Assembly: GCA_949358305.1 (NCBI GenBank)
Contig: OX442314.1
Coordinates: forward strand, 1,674,001-1,738,000
DNA from: Strigamia acuminata
Taxonomy: Eukaryota
Direction: 5' to 3'
Length of the DNA: 64,000 nucleotides
Positions within the stretch are counted from its first letter, which is position 1. Every line of letters begins with the position of its first letter. The notes below the pieces were generated by a model. It searched no databases, was not told the DNA's origin, and saw nothing but the letters and a program-made list of their open reading frames with translations. This document shows positions 24,291 to 36,129 of this stretch, one piece after another. A program made the position numbers and the translations under genes.

Positions 24291-24930
24291 TTGCCTCGCC
24301 TTCTTGGCGCCCACCTGCACTTCCAGTCGATGCATCGTCGTTGTTAAGAAATTGAGGACACTTGACAAGTGAATTGAGATGAGATCAATTAACTTTTGTG
24401 ACTCATCAATCATTAACTCACCTTCCGTTCTCGAAATGTGCGTAGTCCTTGATGGCCTCGCGACACACGTGGCCGCCCGTGTACGTCATCCAGTTGCAGC
24501 CATGTTGTTGTCCGTCATCTGCACTTCAGGTTTCTCCTCGATCTCGTCGCAGCGCAGCGGGAGGTGGTTCGCTTCCTTGCACAATCTTCATTTACAAACG
24601 AAATTAGCATTTTCTTTTCTTTTTTCTTTTTACGTCACCTGCACGTCACTTTGAGACATTCCGTGTTGAGGCAGCGAAAGATCCTGAGGTTCGCGTCCGG
24701 AATGATGGCGCAGAACGAGCCGTGAGGACACGACTCGAGGTCCGGGATGTCGGTGCGCCGGATCTCCTCCTCCTGCATCGTGCGTACGACGTTAGAAAAC
24801 ACATTGGGCGGTAAAACATTCCGCAGCACGATGGGCGGGAAGTCGCTTTCGCAATACAGGTCGAGGCACGGGAACTGGCCGATGTGCATCTCTGCATCTC
24901 TGCCGAATAAGTGGGCGTCCGAGCACTGCA
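24290..24930 (-). pseudogene. RNF216-like fragment, inverted duplicate of 9262-9900
   Basis: FPCLDLYCESDFPP..KVTCR; same junctions as the 9.3-9.9 kb fragment. Confidence 0.85.
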
Positions 24931-25917
24931 GAAATCGATGTATTTTAAGTGCCAGTTATTAAATTAATCCGAAGTTTAAATAATTACTCAGAAATACCTA
25001 AATCAATTTGCTGCTATCAAATTAAATCAATAAAACCGCCGGTTTTATTGATTTAATCTCGTGAGCTTTTTAAACAGAAGCCGAAAGGCTCTTAGCGCTT
25101 TTCGTCCGACATTCGAAAATGAAAGCCGAAACTTACATTGCTCGATGAGATGAATTTGAAATTTCACGCGCTGAACTCGCGCTGTTGTGTTTGATTTGTC
25201 TTTGTTAATACAAAGTTGAATTTTGTCGGCAGATGGACCGCTAGACGGAGATAGGAGCAGTTCGTCCTCGGAAAAGCAATTGCACGTCATCATACGCAAA
25301 GGCTTCATCACGAAGGCGTGGACTTGATTTATTTTTTGTCTTAAAAACTGGTCATCGGATAGGATGAGCGGGCTGGCTAGTAGAGAAAATACAAAAATTT
25401 TAACGAAGTTAATATGATGATAGTTTTCCCGATAAGTGAAAAATTAGATTTTATTTACTGTCTAGAAAATTGTGAGTGTTTACACGGCGTTAGTTTACTT
25501 ACGGTAATTACCCCTAATGCACTAACAGGAACACCAAAATGGCTCTCGATCTACTTCAATTCAGGCCTTAAACCAACCAAAATCGAATTTAGAAAGTTGA
25601 AATTCAAGCACCTCAAAAATGAAGGAATTCTCGACAATTCTTGAAACAATTTTATAAATTTGATAAAAAGAGAAAAAAAATAAAAACACAATAAGAAAAC
25701 GATTTTCTTTATGTCTACACAAGTATACACGAAGACCAATGAATTTCCAAGAATAAAAAATAATAATTAATTATTGCTTTTTGTTCAATTCCTTTCCGCG
25801 ACCACGACGACGACGTGACCTCGGCGCAAGTAGTCCAAAAAGGTCGGGGTTTGGCGCAGGTTGTCTAAAGAGAGAAGGGTCGGGCGCAGGTACTACCGGC
25901 TGGGGCCTCGGTGCAGG

Positions 25918-28559
25918 TCACCACAAATTAAAGGGCCAAGGCAAGTTGAATGGCAAGGCACCCGGCGCACGCTGTTGCTGGTTGGGGAAGACGATCTGTC
26001 CTTGCTCGTTAAGCCTGGGCATTTCGCCGTGCGCGTACGCTTGCTGCTGCCTCTGCACGGCCTCGAACGGCGTTTGGGCCGGGTCGTGCCTCAGCTCCGA
26101 CGTCCGCGCTTCCGGGTGCGTCTCTAGGTAGTCTTGCTTCGCCTTCTTGGCGCCCTCCTGCACCTCCAGCCGATGCAGTTCATCGTCGTTAGAGAATAGA
26201 GGACACCTGATAATAATTGAAATGAGATTGATTCACTTTTGTGAATCCTTAACTCACCTTCCGTCGCCGAAATGACTGTAGCCCCAGACGGTTTTGCGAC
26301 ACAGGTAGCAGAATTGTTGACCGCACGTGCACGTCATCTTGTTGCAGCCGTCCTCTTTGATGATGCGCCGCTTGCATTTGGGACACGTGCGCACCAACGC
26401 GTCCGTCATGTGGCTCTCGACGTACGTGCGGAACTGCACTTCGGATTTCTGCTCGTCGCAGCCCAGCGGGAGGTGGTTCAGCTGCTTGCACGATCTTCAT
26501 TTACAAATTACATTAACGTTGCAAACCAAACCAGCTTTTTGTTTACTCTTTTTTCATTGTTACGTCACCTGCAAGTGACTTTGAGACATTCCGGGTTAAG
26601 GCAGCGGAAGATTTTGAGGTTCGCGTCCGGAATGATGGCGCAGAACGAGCAGTGAGGACACGACTCGAGATCCGGGATGTCTGCGCGCCGGATCTCCTCC
26701 TCCTGCATCTTGCGCACGACGTTGGAGAACATGTTGGGCGGCAACACATCCTGCAGAACGATGGGCGGGAAGGCGCTCTCGCAGTACGGGTCGATGCACG
26801 GGAACTCGTACTTGCCCAGGCCGATGTGCATCTCTGCCTGACGCCGTACGCACGTCCTGCAGAACAGGTGTCCGTCCGTGCATTGCAGCATATCCTCCAA
26901 GAGCACTTGGTCCTCGAAGCAGCAACTGCACTCCATCAGTTCGTCGTTTGCCTTCGCCACTTCGATTTTACTTAGACGTTCCGCTTCCTTGTCCTTCTTG
27001 TATTCTAGAAAAGGAATGACATGTATTTACACAACACGAGTTTTGCTTTTTAAACTGTACGAATGATCCTGTCTTCCATTTCGATGAACAACTTCTCTTT
27101 ATAGAAGAGTTCGTCGATCGTTATCGGCATGGGAACGCGTTGAGTCGGAAACTTCTTTGTCCTCACGGTCTTTTTCGTCTTCTTGGCGAGCGGTTCTGCA
27201 TTAATTGAATTAATCGATTAAGTTTATTACTTATTGATTGATTAAATTAATTGATTAAATCACCTTCTGTTTGGGAGACGTTCCAGGTGGCATTCAACTC
27301 CTTTACGACCGGCGTGAGGTGGAAACGGTGTTTATGCATCACTTTCAACAAATCGGCGTGGAACGCGTATTTAAACTGGTTTTGGAGGTAGCGATCGACG
27401 TGGTGTCTGTACGATACACTCGTGGGTCTGTCCTCGTTGTTGAAAAAGTTCTCCGCGTCTGGGAACATCTCCAAGAACTCCTCGACGCTGAAATCGCTGC
27501 CAAACAAACAGCAAAATCATTGAGAAAAATTAATAAAAATCTTCTTTTGTGTCATAAAAATATTTCGAATGCATAAAACAACGAGCAAACCTTTCCACAA
27601 TTTTCCGTTTTGTCGCCGCTCGTCTAACTTCCGCCAACTTCGGATAATTCCGGTTGTCCATCCACCCGTAGACCGTCGAGTTGATGTAATTCACATCGTC
27701 CGCCCATTTCTCGACGAAATTCCGCAGGTATTCGGGATCGGCGTCCGGGAAAAGCTCTAAAATCGATCTGACTTTCTCCATCGTCATCGATTCGGCCGAA
27801 GTCGCCGCCCCATCATTCCCGACGCTCCGAACGTCATTTGCCGCAGGAAACGGCGCCGGCCCGTTCATTCCGAGCAACTCGCCGATCACGATGCGTACTC
27901 GGTCCGGATTCGCGTGGAACGCCTCCAAATACGCGAGGATCTCCTCCCGGCTCTTGTTCCGAACGACTTTGCTAACCACCTCCACATCGTTCAGCAATTC
28001 GTCGTATTTGTCCGCTTTCTGTTCTTTCGGGATATTCAACGGCGTTTCTTCGGGTTCCTTTTGCCATTTGGCGATCATACGATCGATCACGATGTCCGTC
28101 CTGTTGGCATTCGCGCTCACTGGTTCAAGCAACGCATAAACCTCGTTCGGATCTACTATGAAATCCGAATAGAGTTCGCGAAGCTTGTTAACGATCAAAG
28201 CTACTTCCTATATTTAAATTAAATCCCTTTTAATTATTTTATTTGATAGTTTGGATTAATTTACGATGAAATACTTCCGTGATGTCGATTTCAGCTTCTG
28301 GCGCGGGCGCAACGGCGATCGAGCCAGGAATGTTCGGACGATCCGCAATGCCGTCGTCGTCGTCGCCGTTTTCTTTAATTGCGTAGTGTGGCGCGGGCGG
28401 AACTGCGATCATCCCGGGAATGTACGGAATGTCGTCGTCTTCGTCGTCATTGTCATCGTCGTCGTTTGTGATGTCGTTTTCAGCTTCTGATACGGGCGCA
28501 ACGGCGATCTTGCCGGCAGTGTTCGGACGATCCTCATTGCCGTCGCCGTCGTTGTTCAT
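25918..28559 (-). CDS. RNF216-like RBR ligase, copy B (most diverged). Exons 28559-28275, 28207-27591, 27496-27264, 27195-27061, 27004-26569, 26494-26258, 26206-25918
   Basis: Same exon phases as copy A; complete RING1-IBR-RING2 (EDGCNKMTCTCGQQFCYLC). The homologous MKK start at 28602 is out of frame, and TGA at 25918 truncates the Pro-rich tail. Functional status uncertain. Confidence 0.75.
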
Positions 28560-28699
28560 CGTCGTTGCTGTGGCGGGATTTTAAGAATTCATCTTTTTTC
28601 ATCGATTTTTATGATTAAATTAAGAAATCGATGTGCCAGTTATTTATTGATATTCATAACGGCTCAACTATGTGAAAAAAAAAACGGGAAAAAGACTCC

Positions 28700-29050
28700 G
28701 AAAGGCTCTTAGCCCTTTTCGTCAGACATTCGAAAATAAAAGCCGAAACTTGCACGGCTCATGAGATGATTTTGAAATTTCACGCGCTGAACTCGCGCCG
28801 TTGTGTTTGATTTTTGTTTGTTTGTTGATACAAAGTTGAATTTCGTCGGCAGATGGATCGACGGAGATCGATCGGTCCCAACCATTCGACCAACAAAAAC
28901 GAAATGCGCCTCCATTTTTCCAGTCGAAGATAAAAACCAAACGGCTTTCTCGAACTCCGTGAAACACAGAGCCACATAACATAAACAAATGCATTTTAAA
29001 ACACCAATTTTGTAATCAATTTTTCTTTATTTAACATATGTTTACATTGT
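28700..29050 (-). promoter_or_regulatory. Repeated upstream (putative promoter/5' UTR) element of B-type RNF216-like genes
   Basis: Lies directly 5' of copy B. Homologs at about 2950-3110, 8820-9150, 10990-11130, 23280-23420, 25040-25250 and 58640-58980. Confidence 0.5.
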
Positions 29051-29699
29051 TTATTTGCAATGTTGCTAACCTGTTAATGTTTCTGGTGGTGCCCAGTAAA
29101 AAAATAATTGCAAAAATGTATGAAAATGATTCTAATTTCTGACTATTTCATTTTTATGTTAAAATTTAACCAATTTGTTGTTTGCAAAAGATGCGTGACA
29201 AAATTAATTGAGATTGAATGTGAAATTAGTGAGTAAACTATGGAAATGTCATGAATTATTTTTTTTAATTTTAATTTTTTGATCTTATTATTTTGCATGA
29301 TCCTACTCATTGGCGCAACATCCCTCATTTTTTTATTCATTGTGTGATGCAGTGTAGTATCAAGGGGGCGTTTTCATTTTTAATTCAATTTAACGCGGTT
29401 TTTGTCCGTCATTTTCAACCAAGTCGGAAATTTTTCCAGTCGAAAGGAATGCTTGTCGAAAATTTTCCTGATAAAAAATAATGCGGTTGTAGTAAAAAAT
29501 ATTACTGGTCGGAAAATTCGGAAAAAATCAGAAAAAATCTAATGAAAATCCTGGTTGAAAAGAGTCTAGTTTCTCCAAAAGTAAAAAATATTTGTCTTCT
29601 TCTTCCTCTCTTCCTAGAGAAACACAAAAGAATTAAAACTCAATGAACAGAAAAGAAAACGTTGAATTTCAGGCTACTCAATTCTTTAAATAATTTTAT

Positions 29700-29830
29700 C
29701 ACATTTCAGTCCTGTCTCGCCTCCTTTCGGCTCTCCTGCACTTCCAGCCGATGCAGTTCATCGTCGACACCTGACAAGTGCGATCGATTAACTTTTGTGA
29801 CTCATCAATCATTAACTCGCCTTCCTTTCC
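29700..29830 (-). pseudogene. RNF216-like intron 6/exon 7 remnant
   Basis: DDELHRLEVQE on the minus strand with the intron-6 sequence. Confidence 0.65.
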
Positions 29831-30658
29831 TTGTTTTTGCTTGAAACTTATTTCGAATCTATTATTCTGTCCTGTATAAAAACGATTCAAAATGAACACA
29901 GCAGTGTGTTTAATAAAGCTGAGGTCAGATGATACTACGATCGTAACAATGGTTGTGAAATATGTTTAAACTGGGCGATCCAAAATGGATTTTATTTTTA
30001 TGTTTTCACCATTGAATTCGGTATTGCAACAATACTTGCATAAAATAATGTTGAGCTGCTAAGCTGGAGTCGCCTGGCAACCTCAAACCGCTCGTTTTTG
30101 TTCAAAATCCGTGAAATCGTTCCACGAATAATAATAATGAAAATAATAACAATAGTTTTGCAACTAACTAATTGTTAAACTTGAAGTAAATAAAAAGATA
30201 TTCAAAGTTTACCAATCAATTTCTAAAGTCCTTGACTACAAGTGGATGTAACAGTTGAAAATCGCGTTGAAGTCCAAGATGGCGTTGGAGTATAAAGGAA
30301 CACGACCACACAGTTTTAGTTGAAAAAGTACACTGAGTTTATTCTATTCATAAAAGGAAAAGGAAATGCAAATGACACGGTTCACAGAACCAATCACAAG
30401 CATCCGTAAGATAGGGGAATGACGTGTTCAGGTGGAGGAATGCAAACGGATTAAAAAGGATTAACAATTTGAGATTCCAATAAAAATGAACAGGTCAGAA
30501 CATACAAATGAAAGTAAAAGACATATTATAACAAATTAGCAAAATCACAAATTCAATATCAAATTCTCGAACAAAAAATGGAAATACAAAGTAACAATAT
30601 AAATTCAACAATATTAATACGACTCAAATAACAATTCACACGTAAAATCATCCGATTT

Positions 30659-33600
30659 TCACACTGCCGGGCGGGGATCGATTGACTCCACTTCTAAGCG
30701 TACGAGACGTTGTATCGGTCGGCGCAAATGTTCTCCATTGGCAAGCGCCATTTCACACGATCTGATTTTATTATCTCGACCCCGCTTAACTTCGACCACT
30801 CGACCCATCTTCCATTTTAGACGTGGTTTAAATGGCTCTTCAATTATGACGACGTCGTTCAACTGGAGTTCTCGCACGCCTGGTTTGCCCGTTTGAATTT
30901 TTAGATCCGTCAAATATTCCCGAGACCAACGATTCCAGAATGAGAGCAATACGCGTTGTTGGTAGCGCCATTGTCGAATAAACTGCTTCTGCGTCGGTTC
31001 GAGGCTGTTTGTTGCTCCTGAGTCGGGCAGGTGAGTCAACATTACGCCGGTCAAAAAGTGTGCGGGTGTGAGCGGTTCAATTTCGTCCGGATTGTCGTAA
31101 ACATAGGTGATCGGTCTGCGATTAATGACTGCTTCAGTCTGCACAAGAAAAGTCCCAAGTTGATAGAAGTTCAAGTGCGCCGAACCGATAGCTTTCCTTA
31201 AACACCTCTTGACCGTCTGCACCATCCTCTCCCAGAACCCGCCCCACCACGGTCCATTCTCGACGATGAATCTCCACTCGATCCCTTTTTGGGCCAAATA
31301 ATTTCGAAATGTCTCGTCCTTCGTATGGTTTAAGAGTGAAGCTAGCTCTTTGTGGGCGCGGTGGAACGTGGTCCCGTTGTCACTATATATTATTTTCGGT
31401 AGTCCCCTGCGACCAATGAAGCGCTCAAACGCTCCCAAAAAGTCCGTAGTTGCTAGTGAGGGCACCAATTCCAAGTGGACTGCTCGAATGGTTGCACAAG
31501 TAAATACAGCTACATACGATTTAGTTTTCCGTCCTTTTACTATTATTGGCCCCGCAAAATCGACACCGGTGACTGCAAACGGTTGAGTTTTTGACGTCCT
31601 GTCGGCTGGGAGGGCGCCTGGCACTTCTCGCATCAGACGGCCGTTGATTCTTTTGCAGACGACGCATCGTTCCAACATCGTCTTCAAGGTCCTCCTTGCG
31701 GATGGTGTCCAGTAGTTTTCTCGAAATTTGGATAGCGTGGATGTCAGTCCGCAATGGAGGACCTGCAAATGTGAAAAATGCAAAATTAGTTCTGTAAGTT
31801 TGTGTTTAGGTGGCAAAATCAAAGGTTGAGTGGCAGTAGGCAAATCTCGCGATTCATGCAGTCTGTTTCGCAGCTCGATTAATCCCATTTCGTTTAGTCG
31901 TGGATTCAGGTCCCGTAGCTTTGATTCTCCATGAACTGGTCTGCCATTCCTCATTCTTTCGATTTCTCGGCCATAAACTTCCGTTTGCGCAATTTTAATC
32001 AAACTGAATTTCGCGCGTGTCAGCTCGGCTGCTTTCAATGGGCCTCGATCTCGTCGACTGGCGTCTGTTTGCCGTTTCCCAGCGTTGTCTGCGAACCTGA
32101 AAACCCATGCCAGCGTTCGGATTGCCTTTGACAGCGATCCAAACCTGTCAAACGGAAAAATATTAGTGGTTGTTTGCACTGCTTCGACGTGAATTTCTGC
32201 AATTTCTTCATCGTCTTGCTCTTCGACCGTTTCTGACGGCACTTTCGGCCATTCTTGGCGACTTCCGCGCAACCAGTCCGGCCCTTGCCACCAAAGTTGG
32301 TCGGATATCATGGCTTCCGCGTCCATCCCCCTCGTCAGACGGTCAGCTGGATTCTCTATTCCAGGCACGTGATTCCATTCTTCCACTCTCGATTTTTCTC
32401 TTATCTCCAAGACCCGATTGTGAACGAAGGTTGGCGGTCGTTTGGACGTATTCTTGATCCAGTGAAGGCATATCTGCAAATCTGTCCAAAAAAACATTTC
32501 ACTTGGTGTCACCAACTCCTTAATTTGGTCGGAGAGGCGCACAGCAATCAATGCTCCCATGAGTTCGAGTTTTGGTAATGTTAGTGGTTTGACAGGAGCA
32601 ACACGACACTTTGAAATTATAAAGGAGGTTTCGATTAAATCACCAGTACTGTTCTGTATATAGGCCACTGCCCCGTATGCCTTCGGACTTGCGTCGCAAA
32701 ATATGTGCACTTCGCACTGGTCGAACTCGTCCAATCCTAGCCAACGTGGAAGTTGAATGTATTTTAGCGTGGGAATTTGGTTTGTCCATTTTTTCCAGTC
32801 AGTGAGCAATTCGTTGCCCAATTCGTCGTCCCATGGCAGGTTCTTGAGCCACAGGGATTGGAAGAACATTCGTGCAGTTACCGTGAATGGTGTGGCAAAT
32901 CCTAAAGGGTCGAATATTTGAGACGTTATTTTTATTACTTCCCTTTTCGTTGTTTTCTTGCAAGGCGGGCAATTTTCCTCAACCGCCAGGCCCAATTCGT
33001 CCGAGTTTGGGTTCCACTTGACTCCCAACACTTTGGTTTCTTCATCCGACATCAACTGTGAGTCAGTGGGATTTTCCTCGCGAAATTTGGCTCTTAGTTC
33101 TGGTGAATTGGTTTGCCACTTGGCGAGTTCCATGCCGGCTGCTACAAAAATCAGATTAGATTGTTGGAATGTTACCAGTGCTTCAGCGTCGTTTTTGAGC
33201 GAAGAGATGAAGTCGTCCACGTATAGATATCGCAGCAGTAACTTCACAGTTTCGGGGTATTGTTTCTCGAACTTGCGCAGATGGTGTCGAATGGTCGCGC
33301 TCAACAAAAATGGGCTTGGTGTAGCGCCAAACAATACTCGAGTCTGTCGCAGTATTTTCAACAGTGCTTTTCCTACACCGTCCCAGTGTTCATCAATCCA
33401 GAAGAATCTTGTTGCGTCGCGGTCCTTCAAGGCGATTTCGATCATGTGAAACGCCTTTTTGATGTCTCCCACAATGGCCACTCTTCCGAGACGAAATCCC
33501 AACAGCACAAATATTAATGACGGCAAAAAATTGATACCTTTCGACAAGCAGTCGTTCAAGGAGAGATGTCCCTTTCGATGTGAAGATGCATCAAATACCA

Positions 33601-34075
33601 CTCTCAATTTCGTGGTTACGCGTTCTTCTTTGATGACTGGGCTGTGTGGCATGTAGTAAATGGGTCCTGTTGCCGTTTGATTCGGAATTTCTTCAACAAT
33701 GCCTGTTTTCAGTTGTTCGTCGATGACTTTCTTGTATTCCAAATACAGGTTGGGTTGTTTTCTGAAACGACGGATTAGTGACATGATACGTTGCTCGGCG
33801 CCTCGATAGTTGTCGTCCAGCTCGTTGCTATTCACAATCCACGGCAGCTCCACTGAATAATTCGATCCCGTCCACTTGATTGCCTTTTCGAACTTTTCCA
33901 ACGTTTCAGCGTCGTCGTTCGTTTCGACCGACTCGTGGCGGACTCCGATCGGTTCCAGCTCCCACATCCGGCGCAAAAGATCATCTGTTGATGGGGTAAG
34001 TGTTATTTTGTTAATTCTCACCGGTGCAGCAATGACTCGTTCCGTTTGTAGTCTGTCCGTGTAATGTCCAACCAA
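30659..34075 (-). CDS. BEL/Pao pol: RT, RNase H, integrase
   Basis: Motifs [43 protein letters not shown]; domain order RT-RH-IN. Frameshifted relative to the gag-protease ORF. Confidence 0.93.
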   Translation of the reverse strand: MVGHYTDRLQTERVIAAPVRINKITLTPSTDDLLRRMWELEPIGVRHESVETNDDAETLEKFEKAIKWTGSNYSVELPWIVNSNELDDNYRGAEQRIMSLIRRFRKQPNLYLEYKKVIDEQLKTGIVEEIPNQTATGPIYYMPHSPVIKEERVTTKLRVVFDASSHRKGHLSLNDCLSKGINFLPSLIFVLLGFRLGRVAIVGDIKKAFHMIEIALKDRDATRFFWIDEHWDGVGKALLKILRQTRVLFGATPSPFLLSATIRHHLRKFEKQYPETVKLLLRYLYVDDFISSLKNDAEALVTFQQSNLIFVAAGMELAKWQTNSPELRAKFREENPTDSQLMSDEETKVLGVKWNPNSDELGLAVEENCPPCKKTTKREVIKITSQIFDPLGFATPFTVTARMFFQSLWLKNLPWDDELGNELLTDWKKWTNQIPTLKYIQLPRWLGLDEFDQCEVHIFCDASPKAYGAVAYIQNSTGDLIETSFIISKCRVAPVKPLTLPKLELMGALIAVRLSDQIKELVTPSEMFFWTDLQICLHWIKNTSKRPPTFVHNRVLEIREKSRVEEWNHVPGIENPADRLTRGMDAEAMISDQLWWQGPDWLRGSRQEWPKVPSETVEEQDDEEIAEIHVEAVQTTTNIFPFDRFGSLSKAIRTLAWVFRFADNAGKRQTDASRRDRGPLKAAELTRAKFSLIKIAQTEVYGREIERMRNGRPVHGESKLRDLNPRLNEMGLIELRNRLHESRDLPTATQPLILPPKHKLTELILHFSHLQVLHCGLTSTLSKFRENYWTPSARRTLKTMLERCVVCKRINGRLMREVPGALPADRTSKTQPFAVTGVDFAGPIIVKGRKTKSYVAVFTCATIRAVHLELVPSLATTDFLGAFERFIGRRGLPKIIYSDNGTTFHRAHKELASLLNHTKDETFRNYLAQKGIEWRFIVENGPWWGGFWERMVQTVKRCLRKAIGSAHLNFYQLGTFLVQTEAVINRRPITYVYDNPDEIEPLTPAHFLTGVMLTHLPDSGATNSLEPTQKQFIRQWRYQQRVLLSFWNRWSREYLTDLKIQTGKPGVRELQLNDVVIIEEPFKPRLKWKMGRVVEVKRGRDNKIRSCEMALANGEHLRRPIQRLVRLEVESIDPRPAV

Positions 34076-35640
34076 ATTTCGTTTTTACTGCAATTAAGTT
34101 TTCTTCCAAAAATTCTGTTTGTCCAGTCATCACTCGCCAGTAATGGTCCACTCCAATTAGCAGGTCCACTTCCTTCGAATGCAACGCAACTTGCTTGCAG
34201 GCCACTTCGATTTTTCTTCGTTGTAGTTCCGCTTTGAGTTGTTTGTTCGGTTGTTCTCCAGGAGTGGACGTGACGTGGTCAGCTTCGATGGCTTCAATTG
34301 TGACTGCTGGCGACTTCGAGTTGGCGGGGCTGAGGACTAACTCGACTCTGTTGCGAACTTCTGATCTGGGCTCTTGCCCAAACACGGCCAAATTTATCGT
34401 TTCAGTGCCTAAAATTCTCAAATTCAGTTTTTTAGTCAACTCAGAGCGTATGAAGGTACGTTGGGCTCTCCCATCGATATAGCACACTCCCAAAGCTGAG
34501 TGCGTTGGTCCGGCCATCTTCACCATCTGCACCATCAAAAATTCGGACTTGGGTGGACAGGTGGTAACGACTGCGTTGGTGTGGGTGATTCCCTCGCCGG
34601 TTTCTGTAGCTTTTGGTGTGTCGCACACGTGGGTGTGATGCGCTCCCTCGCAGCTGTAACATTTCATGCGAGTCCTGCATTCTTCAGTTTTGTGGGGCAC
34701 TTTCCCCAAGCATCTCATGCAAATTCCTTTTTTCTGCAGTCTTTTACGTCTCTCCTCCATCGTGAGCGGGCATCTTTTCCGATTGTGTTCTGTGGAATCG
34801 CAAAATTGACATTTCATTATTAATACTGACAGTTGCGACGCCGATCCCGATCGAGGTTCCTTTTCTTTTCGACTAAATCGTCCTTTGTTGGGGGGATTGT
34901 TGTCCGACGTTTTGTTGTGAGACGTTTCTGGCTTCGATTGGGTTTTTAGCATGTCGTATTTGGCGTGTTTAGCTATGTGATCACTCAACCAGTCCATCAA
35001 CCTTGCTATCGACCTCTCTCCGTCGCAGTCTTTGTCATATTCCATGATTATACTGCGCGGAACAGCCGACGACAGCACGGGGAAAATGGTCCGCTGTATT
35101 TCTGCCAAAGGCACGTCAATGTTGGCTAAATTTTCTATGTTAACTTCCGCGTGTCTGTGGAGTTTTTGTAAACCCATTCGATCTCGCTCGCTGCTAACAG
35201 ATGGTAAATTTATGAGGTTAGACAGGTATTTATTTTCGAGTACGATTTTATCGCCGTATTTCTTCTGCAGACGTGCGATTGCGACGGTGTAATTTCCTGC
35301 GGTGATTTCGAGTGCTTTTATATCGTCGAGCGCCTCTCCAACCAGGTAATTTCTTAAATATAAAAGTTTATTTGTTCCGTCCAGTTGCTCGTCGTCGCCG
35401 ACTTGGATCGAAAACGTTTTCCAAAACCCTCCCCATTCTTCTGGCTTACGTCCGTCAAACTTAGGTATTTCAAGTGGCTTACGTTTGATGAATGGTTGAC
35501 CGTTCGTCGGTGTTGCGCGTGGTGTTGCTGCCGTCACTGCTGCGGTAATAGCCGCCGCTAGCGTCTCGATGTCCGCCGGTTGCGCGTCCGCGTTCGGTCG
35601 TATGTTCTGGGGTAAATTAGGTGGGTAATTCATTTGAGTG
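34011..35640 (-). CDS. BEL/Pao gag C-terminal part and protease
   Basis: [14 protein letters not shown], three Cys/His knuckles, protease-like [21 protein letters not shown]. Confidence 0.9.
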
Positions 35641-36129
35641 TACCTTGAAGAGTTGTGATGGCCTGTGCGCTGCAGAAATAACTGGAAACATTATTTTGGC
35701 TGGGCGGATAAATCGGACACGCGTCCGCCATCTTTTATTACAAAAGTTGTAGAAAAAATCACTTGAGTTCGAGGCTAATTGTCCTCGATCTCGTACAAAA
35801 CAAAAGACAGAACGAATCATTGTCTTTACACAATGATCCATTCTTTACATTAAGAGCAGGCCAAGTTAATCAATAAACTTGATCCAAAACAAAGCAAACA
35901 GTAAGTGCTCTTTAGAGCGGATGACAATGTGAGATGTGTTATCGCAAATAATGATCGGTCGCGGTACCGTAACACGCATTGAATAAAAACCAGGATTGAC
36001 CGATCACATGAACAGGTCTAGAAGCAATAACACATCAAATGCACTAAGCCGTAAAGGTGCATTTAACTTCACACGCGCGCACGGGGACAAACAGCAAAAC
36101 ATCAACCCAACAAATCCCCCTTTGTTTAG

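Noticed and set aside
25918..25920. Selenocysteine or read-through at the copy B TGA
   Set aside because: The homologous codon is CGA (Arg) in a low-complexity tail; simple CpG decay explains it.
34011..34075. Programmed ribosomal frameshift between BEL gag-protease and pol
   Set aside because: BEL elements usually have one ORF, I saw no clear slippery site, and the copy has other lesions; a mutation is more likely.
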